Sequence record: DRR723986_4151
Reading direction: 5' to 3' (one strand)
Length of the DNA stretch: 30,730 bases
Position numbers and translations under genes: made by a program
Notes under the pieces: generated by a model
The model's input: the letters and a program-made list of their open reading frames with translations, nothing else
The model's database searches: none
Told to the model about the DNA's origin: nothing
Shown: positions 27,924 through 30,730 of the stretch, in pieces
Numbering within the stretch: the stretch's first letter is position 1
How the letters are laid out: each line of letters opens with the position of its first letter

Positions 27924-29297
27924 TTACTCTTCTTTTAATCTACTGATTTCCAATTTTTCAGATAATCTTTTCTCAATTATTGGTTCAATTAAAGTTTTAC
28001 GTTTTTTAACTTCTAAAAAAGGACTTTTTTCAAGTTCATTTTTCATTTTATCGTTAGGATTTGGATGCTTATTAGTACCAAGAAGTACTGTTTTGCCTTC
28101 ATCAAAATCTGATTGTTCTTTAGAGGCACTTTCTTTAATTTTACGTTGAATAGTACCTTCTTTTAATTGATGAAGAAATCCTCCATTAGCCTCAATGTCT
28201 TTAAAAAGTTCTAATGCTTTTTCGGCCAATCGGGTTGTTAAACTTTCAATATAATAGGCTCCATCTGCAGGATTATTTACCTTGTCAAAATAGCTTTCGC
28301 TCTTCAATACCAAAAGTTGATTTCTGGCTATTCGATCTCCAAATTCGTTGGATTTATGATATAGACTGTCGTATGGTAAATTGTAAATAATATCTGCTCC
28401 ACCTAAAACAGCACTCATGCATTCTGTAGTTGTGCGCAGCATGTTTACGTTGTAGTCATATATAGTTTTGTTACGATTGCTTGGTAAGGCTGTAATGATA
28501 CAATCTTTATTTAAACCGTACTCTTCCGCTAAAGATTGCCATAATAAACGCAAGGCCTTTAGTTTAGCAATTTCAAAGAAATAATTGCTTCCTACAGAAA
28601 CATGAAATGCAATAGTAAAGTCTTCTTTATCACCTGGTGCTAAAGAACTGTCTAAATGGTTTAAATACTCATTGGTGTGGGCTAACCCATAAGCCAGCTG
28701 TTGCACAATAGTTGCTCCAGCATTTTGATAGGTTTGTAAATTGATATGTAATTGTCCTGAACTTTTTACGGATTTTTCCCAGTGACCATGGTCTTCTTTA
28801 AGGTTATTATACCAATTACCTGTAGCGACTAAATGGTGAATGATATCAGTTTCTAATAATAATTTTGAGCCAAACGTCTTTTTAGCTTCATTTTGGTTTA
28901 CAAAGTCAGATAATACAAACATCATTTTAAGACTAACATCAGTCTTTGCAAAATTTATTTCATGCATTAGCACCTCCGTTTGTACGTCTCCAGAATGTAA
29001 TACAAATGCTATATGCTCAGCACCTCTTTTAATAGCGTCAAGAGCTTTTTTATTAGCCTCCTTAGCATCAAATACCTCTATGATTTGACCTATTTTCCAC
29101 TGTGTTGCCTTGCTAGCAGATATTTCTGGTAAGGATTTAAATTCGTCAGGATGATAAAAAGGTTTTACGTCAATACCTTCAAGCGTTTTCCAGATAAGAG
29201 TGTCGTTATAATCGGCTCCTTTTAAGTCTACTTGTATTTTTTGTTTCCAAGCTTTTGAGGATACACCTTCAAAATCATTAAATAAGGTTTTACTCAT
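27924..29297 (-). CDS. mutA: Methylmalonyl-CoA mutase small (beta) subunit
   Basis: TLEGIDVKPFY, FFEIAKLKALRLLW, YDYNVNMLRTTTE, RIARNQLLVL, GAYYIESLT. No DxHxxG B12 domain. Confidence 0.92.
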   Translation of the reverse strand: MSKTLFNDFEGVSSKAWKQKIQVDLKGADYNDTLIWKTLEGIDVKPFYHPDEFKSLPEISASKATQWKIGQIIEVFDAKEANKKALDAIKRGAEHIAFVLHSGDVQTEVLMHEINFAKTDVSLKMMFVLSDFVNQNEAKKTFGSKLLLETDIIHHLVATGNWYNNLKEDHGHWEKSVKSSGQLHINLQTYQNAGATIVQQLAYGLAHTNEYLNHLDSSLAPGDKEDFTIAFHVSVGSNYFFEIAKLKALRLLWQSLAEEYGLNKDCIITALPSNRNKTIYDYNVNMLRTTTECMSAVLGGADIIYNLPYDSLYHKSNEFGDRIARNQLLVLKSESYFDKVNNPADGAYYIESLTTRLAEKALELFKDIEANGGFLHQLKEGTIQRKIKESASKEQSDFDEGKTVLLGTNKHPNPNDKMKNELEKSPFLEVKKRKTLIEPIIEKRLSEKLEISRLKEE

Positions 29298-29616
29298 CTT
29301 CTTTTTGTTTTGGTATACTGTCTTCGTATTCTATTATATAAATATCTTCATTTGGTTTTTTCATGTAGTAGGTTTCACGCGCAGTGCGCTCTATACCTTC
29401 ATCTGTACTTAATTCTTTAATTGCCTTATTGTCCTTTGCCATTTCATTTTTATAATGCTCTTTCTGGTATTCTAAGTCTTTCATATCAGAGTTTAACTCA
29501 TAATGGAATAACCATGAATGTGCATCAAAAAAAAGCATCCATATCACAAAGACAATGAGTACAAGAACATATATATTCTTAAATGGTTTGAGATATTTAT
29601 TTTTAAATATTGACAT
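29290..29616 (-). CDS. ftsB: FtsB/DivIC septum formation initiator family protein
   Basis: One TM, a coiled coil, then IERTARETYYMKKPNEDIY. Confidence 0.88.
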   Translation of the reverse strand: MSIFKNKYLKPFKNIYVLVLIVFVIWMLFFDAHSWLFHYELNSDMKDLEYQKEHYKNEMAKDNKAIKELSTDEGIERTARETYYMKKPNEDIYIIEYEDSIPKQKEDE

Positions 29617-30221
29617 TATAAACGCTCGTTAATTATAGTTCTAACGATGTCTACAGCGACAGTGTTGTATTTATTATTAGGTATTATAATATCTGCATAC
29701 TCTTTCATAGGTTCAATAAATTGCTGATGCATAGGCTTCAGCGTATTTTGATAGCGTGTTAAAACTTCATCAATATCTCTCCCACGTTCCGTGATATCTC
29801 GTTTTAAACGTCTTATTAAGCGTTCATCTGAGTCTGCATGTACAAATATTTTAATATCAAACAAATCTCTAATTTCAGGATTGGTAAGAATTAAGATACC
29901 TTCAACAATCATTACCTTTCTAGGTTTTGTGGAAATGGTATCTCCAGTACGGTTATGTTTTACAAACGAATATACAGGTTGATCAATTGTATTACCTTTC
30001 TTAAGCTCTTCAAGATGATTTACTAACAGGTCAAAATCTATAGACCGTGGATGATCAAAATTAATCTTAACACGTTCTTCGTAGCTTAAATGAGATGTGT
30101 CTTTATAGTAAGAATCTTGAGAAATGACACCCACTTCTCCTTCGGGAAGTTCGTTTAGAATAGTGTTAACTACTGTTGTTTTACCGCATCCAGTTCCACC
30201 AGCAATTCCAATTATAAGCAT
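29616..30221 (-). CDS. udk: Uridine kinase
   Basis: IIGIAGGTGCGKTT, SQDSYY, NFDHP, IVEGIL, RLIRRLKRDI, ADIIIP. Confidence 0.96.
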   Translation of the reverse strand: MLIIGIAGGTGCGKTTVVNTILNELPEGEVGVISQDSYYKDTSHLSYEERVKINFDHPRSIDFDLLVNHLEELKKGNTIDQPVYSFVKHNRTGDTISTKPRKVMIVEGILILTNPEIRDLFDIKIFVHADSDERLIRRLKRDITERGRDIDEVLTRYQNTLKPMHQQFIEPMKEYADIIIPNNKYNTVAVDIVRTIINERL

Positions 30222-30249
30222 TATAGATATTTGATTAATAAGTTAAGTA

Positions 30250-30257
30250 CAAAGTTA
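30250..30257 (-). promoter_or_regulatory. Bacteroidota -7 element (TAACTTTG) for the udk-ftsB-mut operon
   Basis: TAnnTTTG on the minus strand 28 bp upstream of the udk ATG. Confidence 0.6.
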
Positions 30258-30262
30258 GCCAA

Positions 30263-30715
30263 TTACAACTGTTTTTTAATGACTTTTGTCACATCTTCAG
30301 AAGTAATTATTTCTCCATATGTGTTTCCCCAACTATTGTTAATATAATTCATTACATCAGCAACTTCTTTATTAGTCAAACCCAGAGGAGACATTACACT
30401 GTTATAGGTAATGTCATTGACAATCATTTTGCCAGACATTCCCTTTTTTACACCAATTATACTCAATTCTTGATTGTTTTTTAGATAATCAGAATTTGCC
30501 AATGGTGGAAATATTTTGGGTACACCTTCTCCACCTTTCATATGGCAAACAACGCACATTTCATTGTAAATTATTTTTCCATTAGATATGCTGGTTTGAG
30601 CATCTTTAGATAATTCTGATTGCTTTTGAGTATCATTTATTTGAGTATTCTTATTTTTTTCTGAACTGCACGAAAAACAAATTAAGAGGAGGGTGATAAT
30701 TTTTATTTTGTTCAT
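30263..30715 (-). CDS. Monoheme c-type cytochrome lipoprotein
   Basis: Lipobox ICFSC, heme motif CVVCH, GEGVPKIFPPLA, distal Met (NSVMSP), YINNSWGN. Confidence 0.93.
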   Translation of the reverse strand: MNKIKIITLLLICFSCSSEKNKNTQINDTQKQSELSKDAQTSISNGKIIYNEMCVVCHMKGGEGVPKIFPPLANSDYLKNNQELSIIGVKKGMSGKMIVNDITYNSVMSPLGLTNKEVADVMNYINNSWGNTYGEIITSEDVTKVIKKQL

Positions 30716-30730
30716 CTATGTTCTAATTAG

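Noticed and set aside
27924..29297. Truncated mutase pseudogene
   Set aside because: The ORF is intact. Lack of the B12-binding domain fits a non-catalytic small subunit partnered with scpA.
23318..29982. Plus-strand ORFs opposite parA, scpA, mutA and udk
   Set aside because: Antisense shadows with the Ser/Ile/Phe-rich composition typical of non-coding reverse frames.
29280..30262. Cobalamin riboswitch before the mutase genes
   Set aside because: mutA overlaps ftsB and the udk leader is about 40 bp, leaving no room. No B12 box is seen.
1..30730. CRISPR array, tRNA/rRNA, IS element, prophage or defence system
   Set aside because: No periodic repeats, cloverleaf or rRNA-like sequence, transposase, integrase or recognisable defence domains. 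No intergenic gap exceeds about 200 bp.

Overview
AT-rich chromosomal segment from a Flavobacteriaceae-type (Bacteroidota) bacterium. The taxon is inferred from gene order, protein style and several TAnnTTTG promoter elements. It is mostly core genome: partial kdsD/kpsF, recQ, a cyclophilin-FKBP PPIase, a penicillin acylase family enzyme, recF-lipocalin-dciA, TPR-ribH, two small membrane proteins-mutL-two rhomboids-EEP, parA-parB-DUF5683-dapB-lepB-wbqC-like-DUF6122, and cytochrome c-udk-ftsB-methylmalonyl-CoA mutase subunits. A few accessory-looking genes are interspersed. I found no rRNA, tRNA, CRISPR array, transposase or phage gene. Best leads: (1) an XRE-HTH/membrane regulator broken by one in-frame TAA, with a palindromic operator candidate, whose 5' part the ORF track missed; (2) two paralogous tail-anchored microproteins sharing a KNK..YKPR/KWN signature at the head of the mutL-double-rhomboid operon, behind a promoter region rich in palindromes with a sigma54-like motif; (3) a gene between the two mutase subunits bounded by a 10-bp in-frame direct repeat. 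All family assignments come from motif recognition, not database searches. No clearly novel multi-gene system is proven by the sequence alone.
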